DNA from: Octopus bimaculoides
Taxonomy: Eukaryota
DNA length: 64,000 bases
Direction of reading: 5' to 3'
Assembly (NCBI RefSeq): GCF_001194135.2
Contig: NC_068981.1
Location: 150,242,327-150,306,326, forward strand
The translations under genes and the position numbers were made by a program. Positions 1 to 13,372 of the stretch are shown one piece after another (positions within the stretch are counted from its first letter, which is position 1; every line of letters begins with the position of its first letter). The notes beneath the pieces are model-generated. The model saw only the letters and a list, made by a program, of their open reading frames with translations, ran no database searches and was not told where the DNA came from.

Positions 1-2170
1 CTTGGTCTCTTGTCTTGAAGGACATACATACATATACCAGTTGCCGATGTATATATGTATGGTATGTATGTATGTATGTATGTATGTATGTATTTTACAT
101 GCATGCGAGCACACATTCATAGTTTCAATGTTTGTTATAAGGAGTGAAATGAATGAAATCAACGCTTATAAATAGATTTTATACGGACATTGTTTTCTAG
201 AATTCAACGCTAGAAATGTCCTAATTATTTCTCACGTTTACGATTTCACCAAACATGAAAAGAAGATATACTATCACTTTTGCTTGCAGGTATATCGAGT
301 TGTATGCTTTGAAAGAGATAGGAAAGAAAATTTCCATGGAAAGATGTAGCAGTAAAAAAATAGAAGGCATTTTAAAATTGTTAGAGAAAGTTTATACTTT
401 GTGTATGAGGTGGATAGTCACAGCATATATATTAATTAATATTTGTGGAAATATGAATGATAATTCCGACCTTTAACATTATTGGTGAGTTTCTGACACC
501 TTTCTTTAAGTATGCTAAAGTATTTTTATGACTAATATTTATGCGAAACCGTAGTGGAGTAGTGCCTATAGTAGGTTAATAGATATATTTTTGAATTGTT
601 ATTTTTACTTAAGTAAATCAATAATTTGAGTGTTAGATTCATAATTAAGAGGAGATAATTAAATGATGTCGATTTTTGTTTAATGGGAGAATATAAGCGC
701 TAACATATGCATGCCTGCGAGCATTTATATAGATTCACACGTGATCTGACGTTCACATAAACATATGTGCCAATATTTTATAGATATATTATAGATTGAC
801 ATACACTGAGAGTGAACTTAAACTATAATAGGGAAAAATCTATTACACTAAAAAAAATAACCACAATATATTATAAATAAAAATACAGTACCAATTCCAA
901 TAGTGGTATCAGAATGTTTACACTGATCACAAACATGCGCATAAGAAATTTTCATGTGGAGTTACGATAAACATAATGGGATGATAAGAACACGTACAAA
1001 AATATTTTGATAAAGAAAATAACATCGGGCAATAAACAGACTGGTAGCTTATGACGTGAATGGATGTGTTAGCTGGATAAAAGACGATCGCAAATCTATT
1101 AAACTCTACTAAACTATTTGAATTCTAGACTAAAAACTATTTCATTATGTTTGTTGCATTCTCGTGCCTTTCTGGAAGTTATATATTGCTCTGAGATCCA
1201 TTGTTTCAATTCTAAAATTGTAGTTTCCCGATTTGTCGGAGTTTTATGAATTATATAGCTTGTCCATATAATTAATAGCGGAATTGGGATCTTTAGTTGT
1301 ACAATTTAACAATGTTCCCTGCCTGTGCTCTTGTAAAGTACATAAGTAATAAGCATTCTCTAATGGGTGAATCTCCACGAGATTACACGTGATGCTGCAG
1401 TAAATAACTAATGAATCTCCATCAAATTACTCTCGCTTCTTACAAAATGAAGGACAGTTACTGATTGCATCAAGACCGGTAATACCAACTTGATACAACT
1501 TGTCTTAAGACAAGGCAAGATGATTATGACTGGTGCCAGTTTTATCATAATTTTGGTTAATCGGGAGAAATTGTTGATGTTGATAACGACAACAGCAACA
1601 ACAGAAACACTACCATAAAATTGTGTCATTATGTCTACTATGTAAAAAATAAGAATTTATATTAATAAGTCTAATGGAGTAATCTCTAAATTAGCCGGCA
1701 CTTTTAGCGACTGCTTTGATAGACGGATCGATTGGCAGATCGGAACTGAGATAAATAATGCTGAGATAAACTTTGATGGATCAACTGGAAGTATTCAAAA
1801 TTATTTTGTTTATCTATTATAAATAAGAATAGCAAAATACAATGAGTGTTTATGTCTGCTGCAGGGTAGGGAGACGATAGAGAGAAAGAGAGAGAGGAAA
1901 GGGTCCTGACTAGAAGATAGAAAGGCAGGGAGAACTGTGGCGTTGACGGGAATAGAAGGATTGGTTATGTATGGACAAGTGAATTTGAATATCTGGATCT
2001 GTGTAACATTACTAGATGCAGGCTGGTTGGTGAGTGATTATGTGTCTGTCTGTCTGTCTGGATGGCTAATTCCTATTTATTCTGAGAAAGCAAATTTACA
2101 CACTCGCACAGGCACATGTATACATACATACATACATACATATATGTATACATACATACCTACATATATG

Positions 2171-2174
<4 letters not shown>

Positions 2175-2256
<82 letters not shown>
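2175..2256. repeat. (TA)n microsatellite
   Basis: Uninterrupted TA dinucleotide run; source of the YIYIYI ORFs in the track. Confidence 0.97.
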
Positions 2257-2264
<8 letters not shown>

Positions 2265-2958
2265 GATGTGCATGTATGAATTATATTTTCTGTCCGTGCG
2301 TGTGAATATATATGGTCTTGTGTGTGTGTGTTTGTGCGTGTGTGTACACATAGATATAAATATAAACACAAACTAATACATCGGAGTAAGTATGGATTTT
2401 TTCTTCTCCTTTTCTTTGCGTCTGTGTGGATGTGTATGAATATTATCTGTGTGCGTAAGCTGATAAAAACATAATGTTAGAGGGTGATTGACTGATTTAT
2501 TGACAACAAATACTGACAGATGAACGACTGAATGGATAAAGGGATCAATAATAGAATCATAAACTTCCAATTGAATGAATGGGTAAACTAAAAAAGTTGG
2601 ATACGAAGAAAATCGATGCAAATTATTATTCATTCACTATTTGGATCAACTGACGCTATTTTTAGTTAGCTATCTGGATTTTTGTCCATGTGAAGAGAAG
2701 CTGCTCTACATTGCTCAGGGAGAAATTCAAGGATTAGTTGAATAAAGAGTTTTTATATATTTGAATAACATTTATAAAGTTTAGATTATCATTAAGCTGT
2801 GTTCCTAGTGCTATGTTTTCATTAAAAAAAAGCATCTGTAATTAGAATATGTGTGTTTCATATATCTTTTTCATATTTCTAGCGATCCTCTATTGCCAAC
2901 TTGAATCTCATTTGCATAATTTTATAACTTAAATGGTATTAGTGTTAATCAGCATCAG

Positions 2959-3116
2959 AAGGTGATCAGCTTACAGAATCGTTAGCGCGTCGGAAAAAAT
3001 ACCATGCGGTATTTCTTCCGACTCTTTACTTTCTAATTTCATAACATGCTGAGATCAACTTTGCTTTCATCCTTTCAAGTAATAGGGTCGGTGTAAGCGA
3101 CTTACTCAACCCTTCC
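2959..3116 (+). mobile_element. Degenerate tRNA-derived SINE, family A
   Basis: cagaatcgttagc head, gctgagatcaactttgctttcatcctttc core and ggtcggtgtaagcgactt tail align by eye with the better copies at 32275 and 58383. Confidence 0.55.
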
Positions 3117-3597
3117 ATCTCGTTGTCCTTGTGACAAAAATATCAAAGAAAAAATTATTATTTAGCATAGGTTTTCCGCTGACTGTGGAAACATTTGATC
3201 AAATAGATTCCAGACTCGCCAACTACACTTTTCTTCCAGACATGGTCTATCTAGGACTACATTATCTAATATGCCCTTCCATTTGCAATATGATTATGCA
3301 AAATTACGAAAAATTTAGGTGCAATATCTTGGGAGGTCTAGCGTTCACATTGAAGCTACTTTCTTGACTGGTTCTAATATTAATTATTTAATGTGATATT
3401 CGATTTGTTTGCAGTAATCTTGCGCAAAATCTACCGTATGGTAATCAAAACTAATACAGTTGCAAACACGTTTTCAAGTACTGCGATCATTTAAGCTGAA
3501 AGGTCGATGTGCTTCAAAGATCACTGTAAGATCGCAAAGCGCAAAGATTTGAGGAGCAGCCAAATCCACAATGTAAACTAAAACTAATTATGTATGT

Positions 3598-4428
3598 NNN
3601 NNNNNNNNNNNNNNNNNNNNNNNNNNNNNNNNNNNNNNNNNNNNNNNNNNNNNNNNNNNNNNNNNNNNNNNNNNNNNNNNNNNNNNNNNNNNNNNNNNNN
3701 NNNNNNNNNNNNNNNNNNNNNNNNNNNNNNNNNNNNNNNNNNNNNNNNNNNNNNNNNNNNNNNNNNNNNNNNNNNNNNNNNNNNNNNNNNNNNNNNNNNN
3801 NNNNNNNNNNNNNNNNNNNNNNNNNNNNNNNNNNNNNNNNNNNNNNNNNNNNNNNNNNNNNNNNNNNNNNNNNNNNNNNNNNNNNNNNNNNNNNNNNNNN
3901 NNNNNNNNNNNNNNNNNNNNNNNNNNNNNNNNNNNNNNNNNNNNNNNNNNNNNNNNNNNNNNNNNNNNNNNNNNNNNNNNNNNNNNNNNNNNNNNNNNNN
4001 NNNNNNNNNNNNNNNNNNNNNNNNNNNNNNNNNNNNNNNNNNNNNNNNNNNNNNNNNNNNNNNNNNNNNNNNNNNNNNNNNNNNNNNNNNNNNNNNNNNN
4101 NNNNNNNNNNNNNNNNNNNNNNNNNNNNNNNNNNNNNNNNNNNNNNNNNNNNNNNNNNNNNNNNNNNNNNNNNNNNNNNNNNNNNNNNNNNNNNNNNNNN
4201 NNNNNNNNNNNNNNNNNNNNNNNNNNNNNNNNNNNNNNNNNNNNNNNNNNNNNNNNNNNNNNNNNNNNNNNNNNNNNNNNNNNNNNNNNNNNNNNNNNNN
4301 NNNNNNNNNNNNNNNNNNNNNNNNNNNNNNNNNNNNNNNNNNNNNNNNNNNNNNNNNNNNNNNNNNNNNNNNNNNNNNNNNNNNNNNNNNNNNNNNNNNN
4401 NNNNNNNNNNNNNNNNNNNNNNNNNNNN
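3598..4428. other. Assembly gap (N run). Other large gaps: 8190-9064, 25198-25966, 61970-62286; about 11 smaller ones
   Basis: N runs, nearly all flanked by (TA)n/(CA)n/(GA)n, typical of a short-read draft assembly. Confidence 0.99.
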
Positions 4429-4737
4429 TATATATACACGCAACCTGCAACCGCGCACCTACACGCACACAGACATACATACACACACACACATATGCGC
4501 CTATACGTATGTGTTCTGTGTGGGTGTGTGTATGTGTGTGCGCGCGCGTGTGTATGTACGTATGTGCGTGTAAATGCATGCAGGCGCGTGTTTACGGGCT
4601 GTGTGACAATTACCAGACATATTTTATTCACAAACTCACCTCGCAACTAAAATTTTATTAGAAAAAAAAAACTTTGTAAAATCCATTTAAATGCACATTG
4701 GCATGTTTTCTCACTGTTTTCTTTGTTGCCTTTTCAG

Positions 4738-4964
4738 ACGGAAGCTCAGGTACACCAACACCGACATCAGCGGCTGCTGTACGTGACTTAGCCTTTTATT
4801 TTCCGCCTAGTAAATCCGACTCGGAAACTGGAGCTGAACGTGCTAGTCCAGCAGCGAAAGTGCCTGATATGAGCCCTTGTGTTTCCAAACTCCGGCAAAG
4901 AAGGGCTTCCATGCACGATGCTATTGATTATACGAAGATTGACACTAAACTCTACGACAAAATC
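4738..4964 (+). CDS. Internal coding exon (phase 1 in, phase 0 out) of an unidentified host gene; Ser/Pro-rich linker, possibly the pre-C2A linker of a synaptotagmin-like protein
   Basis: Polypyrimidine tract and acceptor ctttgttgccttttcag|, donor |gtaagt at 4965-4970, GC-richer than the flanks, open frame (x)GSSGTPTPTSAAAVRDLAFYFPPSKSDSETGAERASPAAKVPDMSPCVSKLRQRRASMHDAIDYTKIDTKLYDKI. Exon call is strong. Product is weak: TKIDTKLYDK resembles the GxIxPELY motif before synaptotagmin C2A. Confidence 0.8.
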
Positions 4965-5082
4965 GTAAGTTAAGACAGTTACATCATTTACTTCTATGCT
5001 TTCCAGTTTAAAAGGAGGAAAATATGTAACTTTATAATTATCCTTTTATCTGCTTTTCAATATTAATATAAAAAAACGGAAT

Positions 5083-5737
5083 GCGGCGAGCTAGCAGAAT
5101 CATTAGCACACATGGCAAAAGACTTCGCAGCATTTCACTCGTCTTTACTTTCTGAGTTCAAATACCGCTGTGGTGAATTTTGCCCTTCAACATTCCGGGT
5201 TTGATAAAATGAGTACCAATTTAGCACAAGGGTCGATATAACAGTTTTACCCTGCCCTGAAATTGCTGATCTTGGGTCAAAATTTGAAATCAATATTAAT
5301 AGAAATACTGAAAGCGGCGAGCATGCAGAATCGTTAGCACACAGAGTAAAATGTCCACAGAGTAAAATTTCGGCCGAGGTCAACTTTACCTTTCATCCTT
5401 TCGGGTTCGATAAAATAAGTACCAGTTAAATACTGGGGTTAATGTATGCAACTTACCTTTCATCAGAAATTGCTGGCCTTGAGCAAAATTTTGAAAGCGA
5501 TATTAATAAATAATATGAAGGCGGTGAGTTGGCAGAATCATTAGCACACCGAGCGACATTTCATCAGCATTTCGTCCATTTTCATGTCCTGAGTTCAAAT
5601 TCCGCCCAAGTCAATTTTATCTTTCATCCCTTTCGGGTACGATGAAATATGTACGAGTCAGACACTGTGGTCGATGTAATCAACTCAACCATTCCACGAA
5701 GTTGCTGGCCTTGTACTAAAATTTGAAATCACTATTA
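5083..5737 (+). mobile_element. Three head-to-tail copies of SINE family A (about 5083-5300, 5314-5506, 5520-5737)
   Basis: Each unit begins gcgg(c/t)gag...gcagaatc(a/g)ttagcac, has a B-box-like gagttcaaat (absent from the internally shortened copy 2) and an ...tttcatcctttcggg...cgataaaataagtacc-type core, and ends aaattgctg(g)..ttg..aaaatttgaaa..atatta. Confidence 0.85.
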
Positions 5738-6030
5738 ACAAAAATAAAGCTGTAAGGATATAAACGGCTTTCAAAACAAGTAGTAATCAATTACTGTGAA
5801 ATATTAGAAATACTGATTATATACGATGCTGATTATATGCAATCTGCATATTATGTACAATATACCTAACTAACTAATTTACTCTTTCGCTTTTTTCCCT
5901 TCTCTCTCTATCTCTCTCCCCCTCTCTCTCTCCTTCCCTCTCTGTTTTCTCTGTTATTCTTTTTCTGTCTCTCTCTTGTCATATAAACGAATCCATATGT
6001 GTACGTCCACATGCTCTATCTCCTTATATA

Positions 6031-6068
<38 letters not shown>

Positions 6069-6136
6069 TATGCGTGTGTGTGAATGCACGTTTACTATGT
6101 ATACTTTCTTATATATATATATATATATCGTCAGTG

Positions 6137-6238
<102 letters not shown>

Positions 6239-6893
6239 CATACATATATGTCTGTGTGTATGTATATGTTTATATATATATATAGAGAGAGAGAGAGAGG
6301 GAGAGAGAGAAAGAAAGAGAGAAAGAAACGCATGTACACATATATGTATATATACAGACGTATTGATTATCGTTCGTTGAGCTAAAGAGATAGTTGATTT
6401 AAGGACAGCTCGGCTAATATTGATTTATTAAGGATCTAAAACAATCCGAATCTTCTTTTTGTTCTAAATTTATCCAGTAATTTGAAGTGGATCTACTTTC
6501 CTGAAACATATTAATACTCTCATTCATAATTTTAACCCAATCACTGAGATATTTATTGAGACAAAGGGAGCTGTTAAACTGTGATTTCTTTTGCCTTGTG
6601 TATAATCAATATCTATACAATCAGTAAGAAAATCATCTAAAGATTTTGTCTATAAACTATTGAAGTGCTTCCAGCTAATGAATATATATTAACTGGAATA
6701 TACTCCGTATGCTGATTGATTTCCTTGAACAAATAAATGAAGAGTCGAATATTTTGTAATATCATGCAAATATGAAGTCCTTATAAAAGATATATTGCAA
6801 AATCTCTCTCCTAAAACTATCTTTTTCGAACGTTGACAAAATTACGGCTCATCTCTATCATCCCCGAGAAAAACCAGGTATAACTTGTTCAGA

Positions 6894-6946
<53 letters not shown>

Positions 6947-6977
6947 TGTATGTATGTACACACACACACACACACAC

Positions 6978-7008
6978 ACTAGCAATGTATCCCGGCGTTG
7001 CCCGGGTG
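6978..7008 (-). mobile_element. Helitron-like 3' terminus
   Basis: The - strand reads acccgggcaacgccggg-atacattg-CTAG|T: a GC-rich hairpin about 10 nt before CTAG, the canonical Helitron 3' end. The body extends rightwards; no 5' end found before the gap at 8190. Confidence 0.5.
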
Positions 7009-8130
7009 TTATGACATACAGTCATATTGTATTATTTGTTCCTTTCTTATGGGCAGAATCAACACAGCTGTTATATAGTGAACCGGATTACTAGCGTAAT
7101 GGAAGTTATTGTTTGTTTAAAAGTGAAGTGGAAGAGAGCACAATTTGCATGGGGTTGTGCTTTCTGTGCTTATGAAGGATCACAAACTATGTGTTGTTTC
7201 ATCGTATAAAAGGGGGTTAACACGATTTTGCTCAGAAATCAGGTTTCCCCGCAATTTCTTAACTTGTCACTTTATTACGAATTGTTTGCTTCTTTTTTTT
7301 TATCCACGTACTAACATACAGAGATTACGAATATGAGAAATATATATTTTTTTAAAGTTTAATTTTTCTTCAAGGAACACCCATTGCCCCTTTGCTCACC
7401 TTGCCCACCCATCAGCTATCCGCTTTCAAAAAGTTAAAAACACCTAATGTTTCACTTTCGTCCGATGTTTCACGCATGCGTAGAATTGTACTGAAATAGA
7501 AGATGTAAAAAATTTTAGAGCACCACCAGAAAACCGATATGCTAGAAGCAAAAGGTAAACGACATTATTTCTGAAGAACCTTACCCGCTTTTCAAAAAGC
7601 TAAAAGGGAAACAATGGGAGGTTGTAGCTTTTTGAAAGTGGTGAAGTGATGGATGGATGCTTGGCAAGGAGATTTTAGTGTTTTTTTAAGAAAATAGGGA
7701 GAAGTATCTTAAAATTCGTACTCTCTGTTCTTTTCTCCGTGGATTATCAAGAAAAAAAAATCGAAAATAGTAGAAAATGAAGAAATCGGGATGGGAGAAA
7801 ATTAAAATATTGAGAACGTGTTTTGGGAGTGAAATCCTAATCTCCTGTATTGAAAACATAGGAATTGGAGGAAATTTAAGGAAAAAATCAGGCGAGGTGT
7901 GCAAATGTTACCTCCGACATGCTAAAGACAACAAGTAATGGATAAGATTTCTGGGAGAAGTTTCTTTTAAATGTATATCGTAGATCAGGTTTTTAAATAC
8001 ACTCATCACTAATACGATTTACAGAATAGAAAAATATTATTTCAATTGGATTTGAGCTGTAATTTCGCGCGTGTACTTAGCAAGAAATAACATAATTTAT
8101 ACAGAAGTTTTAGCTAGAGAGACGGAACGA

Positions 8131-8189
<59 letters not shown>

Positions 8190-9459
8190 NNNNNNNNNNN
8201 NNNNNNNNNNNNNNNNNNNNNNNNNNNNNNNNNNNNNNNNNNNNNNNNNNNNNNNNNNNNNNNNNNNNNNNNNNNNNNNNNNNNNNNNNNNNNNNNNNNN
8301 NNNNNNNNNNNNNNNNNNNNNNNNNNNNNNNNNNNNNNNNNNNNNNNNNNNNNNNNNNNNNNNNNNNNNNNNNNNNNNNNNNNNNNNNNNNNNNNNNNNN
8401 NNNNNNNNNNNNNNNNNNNNNNNNNNNNNNNNNNNNNNNNNNNNNNNNNNNNNNNNNNNNNNNNNNNNNNNNNNNNNNNNNNNNNNNNNNNNNNNNNNNN
8501 NNNNNNNNNNNNNNNNNNNNNNNNNNNNNNNNNNNNNNNNNNNNNNNNNNNNNNNNNNNNNNNNNNNNNNNNNNNNNNNNNNNNNNNNNNNNNNNNNNNN
8601 NNNNNNNNNNNNNNNNNNNNNNNNNNNNNNNNNNNNNNNNNNNNNNNNNNNNNNNNNNNNNNNNNNNNNNNNNNNNNNNNNNNNNNNNNNNNNNNNNNNN
8701 NNNNNNNNNNNNNNNNNNNNNNNNNNNNNNNNNNNNNNNNNNNNNNNNNNNNNNNNNNNNNNNNNNNNNNNNNNNNNNNNNNNNNNNNNNNNNNNNNNNN
8801 NNNNNNNNNNNNNNNNNNNNNNNNNNNNNNNNNNNNNNNNNNNNNNNNNNNNNNNNNNNNNNNNNNNNNNNNNNNNNNNNNNNNNNNNNNNNNNNNNNNN
8901 NNNNNNNNNNNNNNNNNNNNNNNNNNNNNNNNNNNNNNNNNNNNNNNNNNNNNNNNNNNNNNNNNNNNNNNNNNNNNNNNNNNNNNNNNNNNNNNNNNNN
9001 NNNNNNNNNNNNNNNNNNNNNNNNNNNNNNNNNNNNNNNNNNNNNNNNNNNNNNNNNNNNNNNNTGTGTGTGTGTGTATGTGTGTGTGTGTGTGTGAATT
9101 TACATATGACAAACCAAAGTGTACGTACACCGCCATATGTATATAAAAAAGAATACAAAAATGGGACAAGAACGCAAAACATCCTGACAGATGATACAAA
9201 AAAGAGACAAGAAAAACAAGGACTTGTCATTCGGAGTTTTCTTTCCTCAGTCGAGTTCCAGATTATCTTTGCGATTTCGGCTTGTTATACCCGAGATTCC
9301 TCCAATCTGGCCAGCCCCAAGGAAAAACTAAGCTAAGAGTACTAGATTCCTTGGAAGAAAGCAGCGAATGTATATGAAAACAAGGGCAGCAAAAAAAAAA
9401 AAACGGGGAAAAGATACACAAATACAAGTGCAAATAACAGGACATTAACAACAGGTATC

Positions 9460-9495
<36 letters not shown>

Positions 9496-9695
9496 GCCAC
9501 TACACATTCTTTATTTTCTCTCCTTGTTTCTTTCTGTGCTCCTTTCTGTGGAAGAGCATTGGCTCGAAACGTTAGACTTCTTCACTTCCCGAGCGTTAAA
9601 CTTATNNNNNNNNNNNNNNNNNNNNNNNNNNNNNNNNNNNNNNNNNNNNNNNNNNNNNNNNNNNNNNNNNNNNNNNNNNNNNNNNNNNNNNNNNN

Positions 9696-9779
<84 letters not shown>

Positions 9780-10253
9780 ATATATCGCAGTTGAGCAGTG
9801 TAACCTATTCATCCATTTATTGTTTGTTTTGGTTAGGTCCGAAGCCAGACGCTGTAGTTGTGGCATTCGGCGACTTTCCTAAACCGATGTGTTGGACGAA
9901 GTTTCTGTTACTCTTCAAAAGTTACACGCAGGAAATTCATGGGCAGGGAAAGTATTCCAGAGAGCTAACATTCTTGAAAATGTGATTTGTGAGAGGCCTG
10001 AGTGACGTATACTGTGTAAATGACGAATGGAGGAGAGACGTGTGAATCGGGATGGATCACGGGGATCAGACCACGTAGACACATTTTAGAGTTGGTATGG
10101 AGACTAAAGTTATTTGGAGTGTTGCTTTGTGTCAGATATCGTTTTAACGTGAGACGAAGTAGAAATCAAAATTTTGACCGTCATCAGAAACGCAAGAGCT
10201 GGAAATTGAATCTCTAAAAGTGAATAGAAATCAGCTTCATACCATTGATGACT

Positions 10254-10643
10254 GCTGTTGCTGTTGGCACTCCGTCGCTTACGACGTCGAGGGTTCCACA
10301 TGATCCGATCAACGGAACAGCCTGCTCGTGAAATTAACGTGCAAGTGGCTGAGCACTTCACAGACACGTGTACCCTTAACGTAGTTCTCGGGGATATTCA
10401 GCGTGACACAGTGTGACAAGGCTGGCCCTTTGAATTACAGTCACAACAGAAACAGGAAGTAAGAGTGAGAGAAAGTTGTGGTTAAAGAGTTCAGCAGAGT
10501 TCACCACCATCCCCTGCCGGAGCCTCGTGGAGCTTTAGGTGTTTTCGCTCAATAAACTCTCACAACGCCCGGTCTGGGAATCGAAACCACGATCCTACGA
10601 CCGCGCGTCCGCTGCCCGAACAACTGGGCCATTGCACCTCCAC
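10254..10643 (-). mobile_element. Full-length tRNA-derived SINE, family C, with perfect 13-bp TSD
   Basis: - strand head gtggaggtgcaatggcccagttg...ggtttcgattccc (A/B boxes), (CAACAG)n tail, flanked by ACCATTGATGACT at 10241-10253 and 10644-10656; highly similar to 63602-63962. Confidence 0.88.
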
Positions 10644-13162
10644 ACCATTGATGACTACACTAAGATTATCGATCCCCTACGTAGTAACTTAATCTGCTAG
10701 AAAAAGCCGTCAAAATTCTTTTAAAGCACACCCTACTCTCTCATAAATGAAAGAGGCGCTTGATAATATACATACTCTGGAGAAACAGGACCCCATGGTT
10801 AAAGCTTGGATGTCTTTTGTCATGAGTTAGTTCTTTCAAGACCAACCGGTGCCAATTAATGCAACATTTATATTGCACTGTTCCATCGCTTTCTTTGCCT
10901 CGGCGTATACTATGTTTGCTAATATATGAAGTCCCTTAAGCTGTAATTTTTAATCCTGTCACATTTCATAGCTTCCATATCGATAAAATAGATATCAGTA
11001 CAAAGTGGTAGGATGGAAGAGTTTTTAGTACCTCGGATGAGGTACCTTGCGGTGTGTTCTCCACTTTTTTGTGTTCTAGGGCAGACTTGGACTTTATCCA
11101 GCTTAATACCATAACTCGGTCTTTGGGTACATTCAGTCAAATTCAATCTGCAACAAGGATTTGGACAACGTCTCCGATTTCACAATAGCTCCTTTGTCTT
11201 CCGACCAGTCTGAGAGGCCTCAAATAAGTAACGGATCATGAGATCTGCTCTTTCTGACCAAGTGATTAAAGTATATACATATAAATAAAGAGATCGTGGT
11301 TCTAGATACATCACTTCATTTGTGTTGCTAACTTTCTCTGAGAGACAGACACTAAGTTTATTCAATCTCTTTACCCAATTTTCCTATATAAATCTGAAGC
11401 CTTCATCCTATGTAAGAAATCAATACTGTTCGCACAAATATTCTGACTCTTGTTTTCTTTGTACTATTGGTGTCCTTGTTACAATTACTGTAGTCAGGAA
11501 ACCACGGCATAATAATCAATACTTTGTTATAGAAAACGAAATTAGCACTTTTCTTACATGAACTGAAAAACTCAACTTATAACTTTCCTTAGATAAAAGG
11601 AAACAAATATAGAGGAGGAAGAGAATAAAAAGAAAAGAGAAAATTGATTACATTTCACTGCCAGCAGTTTCATAAGTATTACTAAGAAATACGGGTTTAA
11701 TAAAAGTTTGCTTCATATATATTAAAGCTCACAATAGTGTTCTAGATAATCATTATTACATTTAGAAGTCAATGTTAATCCACTGTTTTTTTTTTTTTGG
11801 TTGGTGTTGTTGTTGTTGTCAAGCCCCAAGGAAACACCGATGTAACCGACTTATAATCAGATGCATTCCATCCATGACTTTCCCGCTTTTTTAGGTGTTT
11901 GTAGAACTACATTATCCTTTTTTCATATGTTCTGAAAATTTGGCTCTTATTTCTAGCTGATAAAAAAAGATCATTTAAGTGCTTCTCTTTTCGGTTCCTT
12001 GTAATCGAGCAGTCATATGCCATACAGGTAGTTGGCTTAATGATGAGGAGTGACGCAAAGATCCATCTTCCTAGTCGTACCGTGTCTCCGCCATACTGCA
12101 CTTTCTGAACTTCAGTGATGAATCCAGTTGGGCTTCTATGTGACAGTTTGACCATGTCACACTTTTTGCACTGTCCAGACTATTCCTGCTCTCATGTAGG
12201 TTATAGTGTTGTAAAACAGCAGTGGCAACCTATCTTCATAGAAAATGGCTATTTATTTAGAACTATTGCAGTAGATGCTGCTGCTGCTACTACTACTACT
12301 ACTACTACTAATACTAATACTACTACNNNNNNNNNNACTACTATTACCACCACCAGTACTAATACCATGCTACTACTGCTACTGCTGATATATTTAAGTT
12401 TTATTACAAGCTTTATTGTTCTTGCTTTGTCTACAATTGTCTTATTTATTCTTACCACAATCTTTGGATTGTAGACTAGTACAGGTGGTGGCGGTGGTGT
12501 TTCTAGTAGTAGAAGAAAGAGCAGAAGAAAAAGTGGAGGAGAGAGAGCATTAGTTGTAGTTTTTGTTTAGGAGCAGGTGAGACCTATCATTAAAAAGATT
12601 CCAGCAACGATGCCTTGCGACCACCCGTATATTATATACGAAATATGGGAGACGGAAATTTTTTTTTTAATCGGTCGCAACAGTGACAAATGAAAGAACT
12701 TGCAGCTCGAGTGGAAAAATGCGACTCAGAAACTTTGCTTGAATGCACCGATGTATCTCTTTACTGGCCGTTGTTCATATTTTTCGACTAAAAAATTGTG
12801 ACGAAATATATACAAATATATACCTTTGCAAATATTTATTATTTTTACGACGCAAGAGGTAATAGTTTTTAATTGTCGAATTACGAAAACAAACATTTTA
12901 AAGCATGGGTTAATTTGAAAATAGATTTTGTTTAACAGAATTCTTCAAATCTTAATGTTGGTACAAATAAAAATTCATAAAATATCTGTTTAAAATCTGT
13001 TAGACAGAAAAACTAGAGAAAACCACCTACTGAAATCGAACTACACACCCGGCGCAGGTCGGGCAGTTATGATATCAGAACAACGAAAAGATTTGTCGAC
13101 TTTTTACGCATGCTGATATGCGCGCGCACACGCCTCCAACTCACTCAAACACACACACACAA

Positions 13163-13241
<79 letters not shown>

Positions 13242-13338
13242 NNNNNNNNNNNNNNNNNNNNNNNNNNNNNNNNNNNNNNNNNNNNNNNNNNNNNNNNNNN
13301 NNNNNNNNNNNNNNNNNNNNNNNNNNATACATGCATAC

Positions 13339-13372
<34 letters not shown>

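Noticed and set aside
3514-4661. 300-420-aa ORFs full of X here and at 8071-9336, 25091-26020 and similar
   Set aside because: Length comes from N gaps
5083-5737. CRISPR-like or satellite interpretation of the repeated units
   Set aside because: Units are about 200-bp diverged SINE copies in eukaryotic DNA; there is no repeat-spacer structure or cas genes
9220-9255. Hammerhead-like text on the - strand (CUGAGGA...CUCC-GAAU-GAC..GUC) in a repeat-like segment 9094-9450
   Set aside because: GAAA is GAAU(G), stem II is ambiguous and stem I does not pair; not supportable from this copy
10110-10367. 85-aa ORF and similar ORFs at 15583-15807, 32215-32482, 60489-60692 and 63489-63949
   Set aside because: They lie within SINE copies; incidental frames
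11077-11200. Strong-looking acceptor (ttttgtgttctag|) as a possible next exon
   Set aside because: All three frames stop before a convincing donor
11907-12250. GC-richer segment with 82- and 119-aa ORFs
   Set aside because: No recognisable motif; probably old repeat debris
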